NCBI GenBank assembly: GCA_018694295.1
Contig: JABHNK010000010.1
Coordinates: 688 to 64,687 of the forward strand
Reading direction: 5' to 3'
Source of the DNA: Waddliaceae bacterium
Lineage (GTDB): Bacteria > Chlamydiota > Chlamydiia > Chlamydiales > JABHNK01
DNA length: 64,000 nt
The notes under the pieces were generated by a model. It saw nothing but the letters and a program-made list of their open reading frames with translations, did no database searches and was not told where the DNA came from. The translations under genes were made by a program, and so were the position numbers. This document shows, one piece after another, positions 16,044 to 24,309 of the stretch (positions are counted from its first letter, which is position 1; every line of letters starts with the position of its first letter).

Positions 16044-16936
16044 ATTTCCGAACTCCTTTTATCAATGAGTGCAATTAAAGCTTGTTTTCTTTTATCGCTC
16101 AAATAGCTTAAATGAATTATGTCACAAAGCTGAGGGAGAGATAGGTTTTTTTGAAAATTCTCAATAACATTTTGATACCCAAGACGCTCCCATTCAAGGA
16201 CATAGTCCTTCATAAGCGGCTCTTTAGAGTCTTTCGTGTAAATGCAACCTCGAGGTTGAAGATCCGCTCCTAACATTGCTACATCTTCTATTCCCAAAGC
16301 TGACGGATTATCATAGAAAGGCGCTATCGTTGATTTATTTGCAGATTGAATAAATCCTAAATTTCGACCATGGCGATCGTTATTCCCAATTAAACTGTCT
16401 GCTAAAGTAAGATACACAAAGCTTTCTTGGTCAATTCTTCTGCCTGTTTGCTCTCCGATTACATTCACGAGTGTTTCACAATCGAAAATCATGTCGTTTT
16501 CTATATAATGATAAATATGCACCAACGTTGAAGGTGGTGAATTAGGCATAAAGTTTTTCGTTATAAAGCAAAATTCAGATTCAGGAAAGCGAACGAGATA
16601 GTAAGGCGGAATATTTATTTTTAGAGCCTCGTATAATTGATTACACACAAATTCTGTAAGAGGTAGCTCGGGAAATTCTTTTTGCCGTGTTTTCAGAATA
16701 TAGCTAACGCCTCCAAGGCGGGAAGAATACTTACGAAATTTACCATGAAAAAAACTTGAATTGATGTTTCGTTTTTCTCCCTGTGCGGGGGCCTCTGATT
16801 GGTATCGAATAGCAACATCAGAAAAAAACTCCAGCTTATTCAAGCTGAATATGCGAATAAAACATTCTTCATGCATTCCATAATGTGCTTTATCACCATT
16901 AATTGGCTTTGAACATGCTAGACAGGTATAGTCCAT
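16031..16936 (-). CDS. HipA-family Ser/Thr kinase core with an N-terminal CxxC...H..C zinc-ribbon-like motif; putative toxin
   Basis: The catalytic motif GNNDRHGRNLGF matches HipA/HipT GNxDxHxKN. FFHGKFRKYS sits at the P-loop position. The N-terminus reads CLACSKPINGDKAHYGMHEEC. Confidence 0.8.
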   Translation of the reverse strand: MDYTCLACSKPINGDKAHYGMHEECFIRIFSLNKLEFFSDVAIRYQSEAPAQGEKRNINSSFFHGKFRKYSSRLGGVSYILKTRQKEFPELPLTEFVCNQLYEALKINIPPYYLVRFPESEFCFITKNFMPNSPPSTLVHIYHYIENDMIFDCETLVNVIGEQTGRRIDQESFVYLTLADSLIGNNDRHGRNLGFIQSANKSTIAPFYDNPSALGIEDVAMLGADLQPRGCIYTKDSKEPLMKDYVLEWERLGYQNVIENFQKNLSLPQLCDIIHLSYLSDKRKQALIALIDKRSSEICIT

Positions 16937-16965
16937 CTATTTTCCTTTTTCTTTTATTATAACAT

Positions 16966-17037
16966 TGACATGAATTTGTGTCAACTTAGATATGACATGA
17001 ATTTGTGTCACTTTAAAAGTGACATGAATTTGTGTCA
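16966..17037. promoter_or_regulatory. Three phased operator-like repeats, TGACATGAATTTGTGTCA
   Basis: Identical 18-mers start at 16966, 16993 and 17020, an exact 27-bp period. Each is a TGACA-N8-TGTCA palindrome. They lie 30-100 bp upstream of the kinase ATG. Confidence 0.8.
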
Positions 17038-17074
17038 ATCAGCCCTTGTTTGTTCAAAAAAGTCAGTGGGCGGT

Positions 17075-17098
17075 CTAGGCAGTGTGGCAATCATGGGT
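17075..17098 (+). mobile_element. Solo right-end remnant of MITE family A
   Basis: ctaggcagtgtggcaatcatgggt resembles the A2 right end (cttaggcaaagtataggtcgcaatcatgggt) and is followed by TAT. It abuts the NUDIX stop codon. Confidence 0.45.
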
Positions 17099-17583
17099 TA
17101 TAGTGGACAAGTCACCGGAATGACGTGATCAAAGATATGATCTAGGACCATTTTGACGTTGAAGAGCAAGTTTTCGCCGACGGTGAGGGCTTCGATATCG
17201 TCGCGAGAAAACCAGCGCATCTCTCTGACTTCGTCATAGTTAGGTTTTTCTATTCCAGTGCGGATGTTTTTGGCGAGATACACCATATCGATATGTTGGT
17301 GTGCGGGAGTGTCTCGATATTCCGGAATATCTTCTATGAGACAAAGATATGGTCTTTGGAAGCTGCGGGCTTCGTCGCTCTGCACCCACGCATTTTCCTG
17401 CATCATGATCTCAATTTCAAGGCCCGTCTCTTCGAAAACCTCACGGCGCGCAGAATCGACAGGCGTCTCATTAGCATCGATATGCCCTCCAGGAGGAAGC
17501 CATGTACTCAGCTTTTTATGGTATATAAGGAGAACCTTATCATCATCTACGATAAAAACATTAGAGGTGAAATGTCTTTCCAT
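17098..17583 (-). CDS. NUDIX hydrolase
   Basis: Nudix box: GGHIDANETPVDSARREVFEETGL. Confidence 0.9.
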   Translation of the reverse strand: MERHFTSNVFIVDDDKVLLIYHKKLSTWLPPGGHIDANETPVDSARREVFEETGLEIEIMMQENAWVQSDEARSFQRPYLCLIEDIPEYRDTPAHQHIDMVYLAKNIRTGIEKPNYDEVREMRWFSRDDIEALTVGENLLFNVKMVLDHIFDHVIPVTCPL

Positions 17584-17599
17584 TATATCTTTTTCCTAT

Positions 17600-17794
17600 A
17601 CCCATGATTGCGACCTATATTTCCTTTGGCGCCATAGAGTTGGGCAAGATAGCTCAGTGAACGACAAGCGAATAGTTGTAACTATTCGCGAGGAATAAAA
17701 TGAGTCAGATTGCCTGACACTATGGATGCTATAGGAAACAGGACATTTTTTCTTTATAAAAAGCTTAGGCAAAGTATAGGTCGCAATCATGGGT
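17600..17794 (+). mobile_element. MITE-like repeat, family A, short copy A2 (left module only)
   Basis: TIRs are acccatgattgcgac...gtcgcaatcatgggt, flanked by TAT/TAT. The interior matches the left ~150 bp of A3. Confidence 0.85.
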
Positions 17795-18411
17795 TATACT
17801 TCAGAGAGCTCTTCTTTTTTAGCATCTTTATTCAGGAATTTCTTAAGGTGTAGCTCTATCTTAGCAACAAGGGCTTCTTTTCGCTCTTCGTCGAAGATAT
17901 CGTCTGAAGTAGCATATATTACACGCTCGGCAACATCTCCAGCATAACGGTATAATATATCGTCAAAACCACTTTTAATAAGATTCTGATATTCTATGTC
18001 GGTGTCGCGCACGCCATCGTCAAAAAGCTCTACGCTAGTAGAAGGTTCGGTACATATAAGGACATCATAAGTCTTAAGCCACTGCACCCCTTGGTGTACC
18101 GCTGCCATGGTGACGTTGGTTTCCTTGTTTACAGCATGATAATATACGAAAGTATCGACGACAGTCCTATCACATATTGCAAGCTCATAGCCTTGAGCTT
18201 CGGCGTCGAGTTCATTACGAAATTGCGTATGGAAATTCCACAGACACGTCCCCTGATTTGCGTCAGCGTTGATAGGAAATGGACAGTTTTCCCTAACACT
18301 TTCATGAATAAGCTTGACGTTGATGCCTTTCATCTTAAAATGTGCCGAAAGAAGATATCCCAACGATGTTTTTCCTGCGCCGTGGACGCCCATTATACCT
18401 ATTTTATACAT
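17794..18411 (-). CDS. P-loop NTPase (AAA_28/NadR-kinase-like)
   Basis: Walker A motif GVHGAGKTS, 205 aa, with a GAGGAG RBS. Confidence 0.75.
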   Translation of the reverse strand: MYKIGIMGVHGAGKTSLGYLLSAHFKMKGINVKLIHESVRENCPFPINADANQGTCLWNFHTQFRNELDAEAQGYELAICDRTVVDTFVYYHAVNKETNVTMAAVHQGVQWLKTYDVLICTEPSTSVELFDDGVRDTDIEYQNLIKSGFDDILYRYAGDVAERVIYATSDDIFDEERKEALVAKIELHLKKFLNKDAKKEELSEV

Positions 18412-18552
18412 AATAACGCTCCTCTATGTGATGCTTTTTCTGTTGCAATACTAAAGCTTTATTTTCTTTTTGAAAAGGACTTTCATATTTTTAATGACAT
18501 TTCAGAAATAATGTGTATTCTCTATAATTTATTGTAAAAACGGAATGTCATC

Positions 18553-19356
18553 ATGAAAAAAAATCGTCCTCTTGCCGTAATAACTGGCGCGTCTAGTGGC
18601 ATCGGTGCAGAATACGCACGGCGTTACGCCGATATGGGCTATGACGTATTTCTGGTCGCCCGCAGGGAAGAGCTTCTTAAAAAGCTCTGCTCCGGTCTCG
18701 AAGAGAAGCATGGCATCACTGCAACTTATGCCATCGTAGATCTGTCAGACCGCAGCGCCGTCGAGAAACTAACAGAAACAATCTCTACGATGAGAAACCT
18801 TGAAGTCATTATTAATAATGCTGGATTTGCCACCGGTGTCCCAGAATTCGAAGAAGGCGATATAGAAGGATGGGTCCAGATGCTCAACATTCACGACGAG
18901 ATCCCTATGCGTCTCATCGCCGCCGCCATACCGATGATGAAAAAAAGAAAGAAAGGCACCATCATCAACGTGTCTTCTATCGCAGGGTTCTTCGTAGGCT
19001 CCGTAATGTATTATTCCACAAAAGCTTTTCTTACGAACTTCTCCGAATCCCTGGCGCTGGAGCTGGCACGCCATAACATAAAAGTGCAGGCGTTGTGTCC
19101 TGGCTTGACACGTACCGACTTCCACAAAAAACTAGGGTGGCACGACAACGATCCAAGATATAAAGAGTTTATGTCAGTAAAAGATGTCGTTGCAACGTCT
19201 CTTCGAGACATAAAAAAGCCCTGGAAGACAATATGTATTCCGGGCTTTAAAAATAAGCTTCTCGTAGGTATGGCATACCTCCTGCCAAGAAGACTGCTAT
19301 ACACGCTGATACGCTACAACAAAAAGAAAAGGTTCATTCATACCATCAGCAAATAG
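18553..19356 (+). CDS. SDR family oxidoreductase
   Basis: TGASSGIG cofactor motif, NNAG, and the YxxxK catalytic motif (YYSTK). Confidence 0.9.
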   Translation: MKKNRPLAVITGASSGIGAEYARRYADMGYDVFLVARREELLKKLCSGLEEKHGITATYAIVDLSDRSAVEKLTETISTMRNLEVIINNAGFATGVPEFEEGDIEGWVQMLNIHDEIPMRLIAAAIPMMKKRKKGTIINVSSIAGFFVGSVMYYSTKAFLTNFSESLALELARHNIKVQALCPGLTRTDFHKKLGWHDNDPRYKEFMSVKDVVATSLRDIKKPWKTICIPGFKNKLLVGMAYLLPRRLLYTLIRYNKKKRFIHTISK

Positions 19357-19380
19357 TTTTTGTCGCCGACGAAGATCTTT

Positions 19381-19737
19381 TTACAAAGAACTATCAACTT
19401 TCACACCTAAATGCTTGGCAATCTTGATAATACCCAACACTGCTTCTTCGTCTTTTTCTGCATCTATCCTACGCTCTTCTTCTATTTCGCGCATCCTGCA
19501 TGACTGAGCCAATCTCATTATTTCCACTTCCTTTGTCTCGATTACAGGTACTTTTGCTTTGGCACATACGATAACCACTGTGCCGGAAAAATCAATTGGC
19601 GAGCAAACGCGTTCGCTAGGAATCACCATCGAAACGCTTTGACTTGGACTTGCAGCTCTTTTTCTTCCCACGTCATTATTAGCTCCGCCTGTCAATCCTT
19701 TAAAAGGCGATGGCGTTCTATGTACGAATATTCTCAT
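19381..19737 (-). CDS. Hypothetical protein
   Basis: This is the only long ORF in the interval, and I recognise no motif in it. The start is uncertain; an internal Met (MVIPSERV...) is possible. Confidence 0.4.
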   Translation of the reverse strand: MRIFVHRTPSPFKGLTGGANNDVGRKRAASPSQSVSMVIPSERVCSPIDFSGTVVIVCAKAKVPVIETKEVEIMRLAQSCRMREIEEERRIDAEKDEEAVLGIIKIAKHLGVKVDSSL

Positions 19738-19971
19738 AGCACTCTCCTATTTCGTTTAAATTAAAGTAGTTATACTACGTGGGAGCAGCTTTTTTTGCAA
19801 GGATTTCTTTGATATGTCTACGGTGTCGTCATATTTTTTGTGATTGCTAATTATCTATCGATAAATCTTTTGCTATTAAATGCCGGTATAGAGTATATTG
19901 TTCATACATTATTGTAGTAATGTATTGTATTGAACACTAATTAACACCTGAGAAGGAGGCACATACTTTAT

Positions 19972-20343
19972 ATGCCGACAACAAACCAACTGATTCGTTT
20001 TGGCCGTAAGAAGAAGGTCAAAAAAACGAAATCTCCTGCTCTTCAGCGTTGCCCACAGCGTCGTGGCGTCTGTTTGCAGGTTAAGACAAAGACTCCTAAG
20101 AAGCCTAACTCTGCATTGAGAAAGGTTGCCTGGGTTCGTCTTTCTAATGGCCAAGAGATTATCGCCTATATTCCTGGCGAAGGTCACAACCTCCAAGAGC
20201 ACAGCATTGTTCTCGTCCGTGGAGGCCGTGTTAAGGATTTGCCTGGTGTCCGTTACCACCTAGTTCGTGGAGCGTTAGACTGTGCACCTGTGCAAGACCG
20301 TAAGCAAAGAAGATCGAAGTATGGGGCAAAGCGTCCTAAGTAA
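19972..20343 (+). CDS. rpsL: 30S ribosomal protein S12
   Basis: [14 protein letters not shown]...[10 protein letters not shown], with an AAGGAGG RBS. Confidence 0.98.
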   Translation: MPTTNQLIRFGRKKKVKKTKSPALQRCPQRRGVCLQVKTKTPKKPNSALRKVAWVRLSNGQEIIAYIPGEGHNLQEHSIVLVRGGRVKDLPGVRYHLVRGALDCAPVQDRKQRRSKYGAKRPK

Positions 20344-20347
20344 CACT

Positions 20348-20372
20348 AAGATGCCTATGATATAGGCATCTT
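20348..20372 (+). promoter_or_regulatory. Stable hairpin in the rpsL-rpsG spacer with no U-tract
   Basis: aagatgcctat-gat-ataggcatctt forms an 11-bp perfect stem immediately after the rpsL stop. Confidence 0.5.
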
Positions 20373-20507
20373 GGCCCGCGATATGTGCTTCTTTCGTCGC
20401 AGCACGCATCACGGTCAGACATCGGGATTCTTCCGGTGTCAGGTGAATACAATTCGATATTCTAATTTTTATAGCGACTTAACTTTTTTTTGTGAGGAGA
20501 CATACCA

Positions 20508-20981
20508 ATGTCACGAAGACACAGCGCTGAAAAGCGTCAAATAAAGCCTGACCCTCTATATAACAGTGTGGTTTTGGCAAAATTTATCAACAACATCATG
20601 CTCAAGGGCAAGAAGTCGTTGGCACGTTCTATAGTATACAACGCCATGGAGAGCTTCTCCAAACGCGTTAAAGCTGAAAACCCTCTCGCTGCTTTCGAGA
20701 CAGCGCTAGAGAATGCCAAGCCTTCTCTAGAGGTGAAATCGCGCCGTATCGGTGGTGCCACCTATCAGGTGCCTATTGAGATAGCAACAGACCGTCGTAC
20801 TGCTCTTGCTATGCGATGGATAATAAAGCATTCACGTAGCAAAGCTGGACGTTCTATGACAGAAGGTCTTGCTGCTGAACTAAGCGACTGCTTCAACAAC
20901 CAAGGAACTACTATCAAGAAAAAAGACGACACGCACCGTATGGCCGAAGCCAACAAAGCGTTCGCTCATTACAAGTGGTAG
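20508..20981 (+). CDS. rpsG: 30S ribosomal protein S7
   Basis: MSRRHSAEKRQIKPDPLYNS... is the typical S7 N-terminus. The product is 157 aa. Confidence 0.98.
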   Translation: MSRRHSAEKRQIKPDPLYNSVVLAKFINNIMLKGKKSLARSIVYNAMESFSKRVKAENPLAAFETALENAKPSLEVKSRRIGGATYQVPIEIATDRRTALAMRWIIKHSRSKAGRSMTEGLAAELSDCFNNQGTTIKKKDDTHRMAEANKAFAHYKW

Positions 20982-20998
20982 AGGGAATATAAAAAAAT

Positions 20999-23086
20999 AT
21001 GGCAAGACCTAAAAACGAAAATCTCGGAAACGTACGTAATATTGGTATCATGGCACACATCGATGCTGGAAAGACTACCATCACCGAGCGTATATTATAT
21101 TACACCGGGCGCACACACCGCATCGGTGAAGTCCATGACGGCGCAGCTACAATGGACTGGATGGAGCAGGAACAAGAGCGTGGCATCACGATAACGTCTG
21201 CCGCTACGACAGTTTTCTGGAAAGACAATAAGATTAACATCATCGACACTCCGGGACACGTAGACTTCACCGTAGAAGTGGAGCGTTCATTGCGCGTCCT
21301 TGACGGTTCTGTAGCGATATTCTGTAGCGTCTCTGGCGTAGAGCCACAATCTGAGACGGTATGGCGTCAGGCCGACAAATACGAAGTGCCGCGTATTGCT
21401 TTCGTCAACAAGATGGACCGTATGGGTGCAGATTTCTTCACCGCCGTAACGACGATGCGTGAGAAGCTTGGCGCCAACGCCATCCCTGTCCAGGTGCCTA
21501 TCGGTGCCGAGGCGGAATTCCGTGGCATCGTCGATCTTCTTACCATGAAGGCATACATCTTCAAAGACGAGACTCTCGGCGCCGAATGGGACGAAGCTCC
21601 AATCCCTGAAGACCTTCTAGAGAAATGTACCGAGCTACGTACGCAGCTTCTTGATGAGCTTGCCACTGTCGACGATGATGATGATGATTTTATCATGAAA
21701 GTCTTAGAAGCCCCTGATAGTATCACAATCGAAGAGCTCAACGAAGTCATCAGAAAAGGTGTTCTTGCCAATAAGATCAACCCAGTGTTGTGTGGTTCTG
21801 CATTCAAAAACAAAGGTATCCAGCAGCTTCTTGATGCCGTAATAAGTTGGATGCCGTCACCGTTAGACCGTGGCGCTGTCAATGGTATAGACATCAAAAA
21901 TGACGAAGACGTCCTTGTCGCTCCTGACGACGACGCTCCTCTCGCTGCTTTAGCCTTCAAGGTTATGACCGATCCGTATGTCGGACGTCTTACCTTCGTT
22001 CGCATATATTCCGGAACTCTGCTCAAAGGGCAGACGCTTCTTAATTCTACTAAGAACAAGAAAGAGCGTATAACTCGTCTTATCGAGATGCATTCTAACA
22101 ACAGGAAAGAGCGTGAAGAGTTCTACACTGGCGACATTGCTGCTTGTATAGGCCTAAAGAACACTACTACTGGCGACTCCTTATGTTCTGTCGACCAGCC
22201 TATCCTTCTTGAAAGGATGGAGTTCCCTGAGCCTGTAATTTCTATGGCTATAGAGCCAAAGTCTAAGCCTGACAGGGAGAAGCTCTCAAAAGCTCTTTCT
22301 ACTCTAGCTGAAGAAGACCCTACTTTCCGTGTTAGCACCGATGAAGACACTGGACAAACGATAATCGCTGGGATGGGTGAGCTACACCTCGACATCCTTC
22401 GCGACCGCATGGTCCGAGAGTTCTCCGTCGACGCCAATGTTGGAAAACCACAGGTGTCGTATAAAGAGACTATAACAATCCCAGGGAAAGCCAACACAAA
22501 GTTCTCCAAGCAGACCGGTGGTCGCGGACAATATGCTCATGTAGTTCTTGAAGTCGAGCCCAGCGAAGTTGGAAAAGGCAACGAGGTCGTCAGCAAGATT
22601 GTTGGTGGTGTCATTCCAAAAGAATATATCCCTGCTGTCATCAAAGGTGTCGAGGAAGGGCTATCTTCTGGTGTCGTCGCAGGATATACTACCATCGATG
22701 TCAACGTCGCCATCGTCTTCGGGTCATACCATGAAGTCGACTCTAGCGAGATGGCCTTCAAGATCTGCGGATCTATGGCGATAAAAGAAGCTTTGAAGAA
22801 ATGCAAGCCTATCCTAAAAGAGCCTATCATGAAGGTCGACGTCAACAGCCCCGAAGCAAGCATGGGCGACGTCATCGGCGATTTAAACCGTCGAAGAGGG
22901 AAGATTATGGGACAAGAGATGATGCGTGGTGGCGTAGCCATCCACGCCGAAGTTCCTCTATCGGAGATGTTCGGGTATGCTACAACGCTTCGATCGTTGA
23001 GCTCAGGACGTGCCAACTATAGCATGGAGCCTAGCCATTTCGAGCGTGTCCCTGCAAAGATTCAAGAAGAAATAACAAAAAAATAA
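20999..23086 (+). CDS. fusA: Elongation factor G
   Basis: [22 protein letters not shown] and NKMD GTPase motifs. The product is 695 aa. Confidence 0.98.
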   Translation: MARPKNENLGNVRNIGIMAHIDAGKTTITERILYYTGRTHRIGEVHDGAATMDWMEQEQERGITITSAATTVFWKDNKINIIDTPGHVDFTVEVERSLRVLDGSVAIFCSVSGVEPQSETVWRQADKYEVPRIAFVNKMDRMGADFFTAVTTMREKLGANAIPVQVPIGAEAEFRGIVDLLTMKAYIFKDETLGAEWDEAPIPEDLLEKCTELRTQLLDELATVDDDDDDFIMKVLEAPDSITIEELNEVIRKGVLANKINPVLCGSAFKNKGIQQLLDAVISWMPSPLDRGAVNGIDIKNDEDVLVAPDDDAPLAALAFKVMTDPYVGRLTFVRIYSGTLLKGQTLLNSTKNKKERITRLIEMHSNNRKEREEFYTGDIAACIGLKNTTTGDSLCSVDQPILLERMEFPEPVISMAIEPKSKPDREKLSKALSTLAEEDPTFRVSTDEDTGQTIIAGMGELHLDILRDRMVREFSVDANVGKPQVSYKETITIPGKANTKFSKQTGGRGQYAHVVLEVEPSEVGKGNEVVSKIVGGVIPKEYIPAVIKGVEEGLSSGVVAGYTTIDVNVAIVFGSYHEVDSSEMAFKICGSMAIKEALKKCKPILKEPIMKVDVNSPEASMGDVIGDLNRRRGKIMGQEMMRGGVAIHAEVPLSEMFGYATTLRSLSSGRANYSMEPSHFERVPAKIQEEITKK

Positions 23087-23103
23087 TTTAAGGTAATAAT
23101 ACC

Positions 23104-23436
23104 ATGTCAGCAAAGAAACAACAGAAAAGCCAAAAGCAAAAGATACGGATCAGGATGAAAGGCTACGACCAACGTATCCTAGATCTTTCCGTTGAAGATA
23201 TCATCGAAGCAGGAAAGCGCACTGGCGCCCGCGTCGTTGGTCCTATCCCAATGCCAACGCGCCGTGAGATTTTCACCGTTCTGCGTTCGCCACACGTAAA
23301 CAGGAAGTCTCGTGAGCAGTTCGAGATGCGTACACACAAGCGCCTCATCGACATCATGGAACCTACAGCACAGACGATAGATTCTTTGAAGAATTTAACT
23401 CTTCCTGCTGGCGTAGACATAAAAATCCAAGCGTAG
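23104..23436 (+). CDS. rpsJ: 30S ribosomal protein S10
   Basis: [16 protein letters not shown]...GPIPMPT. Confidence 0.97.
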   Translation: MSAKKQQKSQKQKIRIRMKGYDQRILDLSVEDIIEAGKRTGARVVGPIPMPTRREIFTVLRSPHVNRKSREQFEMRTHKRLIDIMEPTAQTIDSLKNLTLPAGVDIKIQA

Positions 23437-23461
23437 GCTAGCACAAAACAATAAGAACTTG

Positions 23462-23505
23462 CGAAGGATCAACAAAACGAATGTTTTTGTTGATCCTTCG
23501 TTTTT
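23462..23505 (+). terminator. Rho-independent terminator of the str-type operon
   Basis: cgaaggatcaacaaaa-cgaatg-tttttgttgatccttcg forms the stem-loop and is followed by ttttt. Confidence 0.85.
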
Positions 23506-23530
23506 ATAATAATTGGTATAAGGTCAGTAA

Positions 23531-23854
23531 TCAATCGGAATATATATTCAATGGGCTGTCGAACTCTTTGTAGCTCTTACTTTCGACGGCTCCATCTTTT
23601 ACTATTAAGATATAATGCCTTTGCCCTTTACCACCACGAGGTCCGTGTTCTATACGTTCGATATAACGGTATTCTAAGGTGTCTGGTGCTGTCCTTGTGA
23701 CGTCGTACTCCTCGCCGATACGCGTCTGAACTTCTTCAAACGGCATCCCTACCATTATGTCGCCGAACTCTTTTTGCGTTATCACCGACGCCTTTGTACA
23801 TGACGTTGCCATCATTATCATCGCCACTGCCAGAAAATATACACTCTTCTTCAT
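23531..23854 (-). CDS. Small lipoprotein, function unknown
   Basis: Signal peptide plus lipobox: MKKSVYFLAVAMIMMATSC. It is the last gene of the SEDS-gene string. Confidence 0.65.
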   Translation of the reverse strand: MKKSVYFLAVAMIMMATSCTKASVITQKEFGDIMVGMPFEEVQTRIGEEYDVTRTAPDTLEYRYIERIEHGPRGGKGQRHYILIVKDGAVESKSYKEFDSPLNIYSD

Positions 23855-23856
23855 CG

Positions 23857-24309
23857 TTATTCCTCGTTACTTTTCTTCCATATCTTCCCTGTTATCGTCG
23901 TTGTGACGTCGTCGGGAGAACGATATTCCGCTTTCATGATATAGCTTCCATCGTCTTGTAGTTTATATGCTTCATACCCTTCGACTTTCGAAGTTTTTTT
24001 TCTAAACTCCCATGCCACAGTCTTTTCGTCGACGATTCCAGTGCCTTCTAGCTCTCCAAGGTCATCGTTTTTTAGTACTACGGCAAAGCGGTCGCCTTTT
24101 CGTGAAAAAACCATAACATTTTTAACGGCATCACCGCCACCGGCGACCTCCACCTCTTGCATCGACGTTACTTTATCGCCATCTTCGGTGAAGCTCCACC
24201 GCATATAACATTTAACGCTCTCTCCGGGCATCATGTTAAAGGCAATGTCACCTTCGCCGAGCCATACTCCCGTGTCAAAAATAAAAGGGTGTGTATCATT
24301 TTTCTTCAA
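23857..24309 (-). CDS. Hypothetical protein, possibly a lipocalin/nitrobindin-like beta-barrel
   Basis: 150 aa with a 4-nt overlap with the upstream SEDS gene. The FDTGVWLGEG pattern is only weakly suggestive of this fold. Confidence 0.55.
   Translation of the reverse strand: MKKNDTHPFIFDTGVWLGEGDIAFNMMPGESVKCYMRWSFTEDGDKVTSMQEVEVAGGGDAVKNVMVFSRKGDRFAVVLKNDDLGELEGTGIVDEKTVAWEFRKKTSKVEGYEAYKLQDDGSYIMKAEYRSPDDVTTTITGKIWKKSNEE

Noticed and set aside
16966-17037. Possible mini-CRISPR array (three identical direct repeats)
   Set aside because: The repeats are only 18 bp long with 9-bp spacers. There are just three units and no cas genes. Each repeat is a palindromic 5-N8-5 site in a promoter region, which fits operators rather than CRISPR.
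21367-22101. Long antisense ORFs inside well-supported genes. This 244-aa one lies in fusA; others are 36904-37623 in secA, 30391-31113 in nagZ, 63321-63977 in gspF, 55002-55631 in the GT4 gene and 51052-51660 in greA.
   Set aside because: They are Ser/Arg/Leu-rich shadow ORFs opposite strongly conserved coding sequence. None has a motif or RBS support.
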